In this document: positions 47,203-47,241 of the stretch, one piece after another | Numbering within the stretch: position 1 is the stretch's first letter | How the letters are laid out: every line of letters begins with the position of its first letter | NCBI GenBank assembly: GCA_025453655.1 | Contig: JALOPX010000002.1 | Location: 1-47,241 of the forward strand | From: Candidatus Krumholzibacteriia bacterium | GTDB lineage: Bacteria > Krumholzibacteriota > Krumholzibacteriia > Krumholzibacteriales > Krumholzibacteriaceae | Direction of reading: 5' to 3' | Length of the DNA: 47,241 nt | Translations under genes and position numbers: made by a program | Notes under the pieces: model-generated | What the model saw: the letters and a program-made list of their open reading frames with translations, nothing else | Database searches by the model: none | Told to the model about the DNA's origin: nothing

Positions 47203-47241
47203 CCCGATTACGGTATTGCGTGGCGGACCTTATCGAGAGGT

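Noticed and set aside
1-47241. Mobile elements, prophage, defence islands, toxin-antitoxin pairs
   Set aside because: No integrase, transposase, recombinase, restriction, Cas, phage structural or small paired-ORF signatures were seen on either strand. Apart from the items listed as findings, the window is syntenic housekeeping DNA.

Overview
This 47.2 kb window is visibly GC-rich, gene-dense bacterial chromosome, with most genes on the minus strand. Most of it is core housekeeping.

- **Coordinates 1-9065:** an Opp/Dpp-type ABC importer without a binding-protein gene (oppBCDF-like), a lipoate-protein ligase, and a complete glycine-cleavage operon (gcvT-H-PA-PB).
- **9142-15678:** uvrA, directly abutted by a 1227-aa secreted TPR protein.
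- **21457-34736:** the classic rimP-nusA-infB-DUF503-rbfA-nrnA-truB-ribF-rpsO-pnp superoperon, extended by an M16 peptidase, dut and a polysaccharide deacetylase.
- **34867-42364:** a roughly 2200-aa SprA-type outer-membrane protein (the type IX secretion translocon) overlapping a downstream M28/glutaminyl-cyclase-like lipoprotein gene. This suggests an FCB-superphylum-like organism, which is an inference.
- **42663-46936:** divergent LptF/LptG permeases and a GWxTD-domain protein.
- **46952-47202:** a cluster of perfect direct and inverted repeats at the window edge.

I saw no rRNA, tRNA, CRISPR array, transposase, integrase or recognisable defence genes.

The least ordinary parts are:
- an isolated monocistronic gene for an unrecognisable Cys-rich secreted protein
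- an AsnRS-like ORF whose class-II catalytic motifs are degenerate
- a two-gene membrane module: a polytopic TPR/zinc-ribbon protein plus a DUF4388(PATAN)-like, TM-anchored protein with a pseudopilin-like C-terminus
- the sprA/glutaminyl-cyclase-like coupling
- the terminal repeat cluster

None of these can be shown to be a new system from sequence reading alone. All homology statements are motif recognition from memory, not searches. Many long ORFs in the six-frame track are antisense artefacts of the high GC content.
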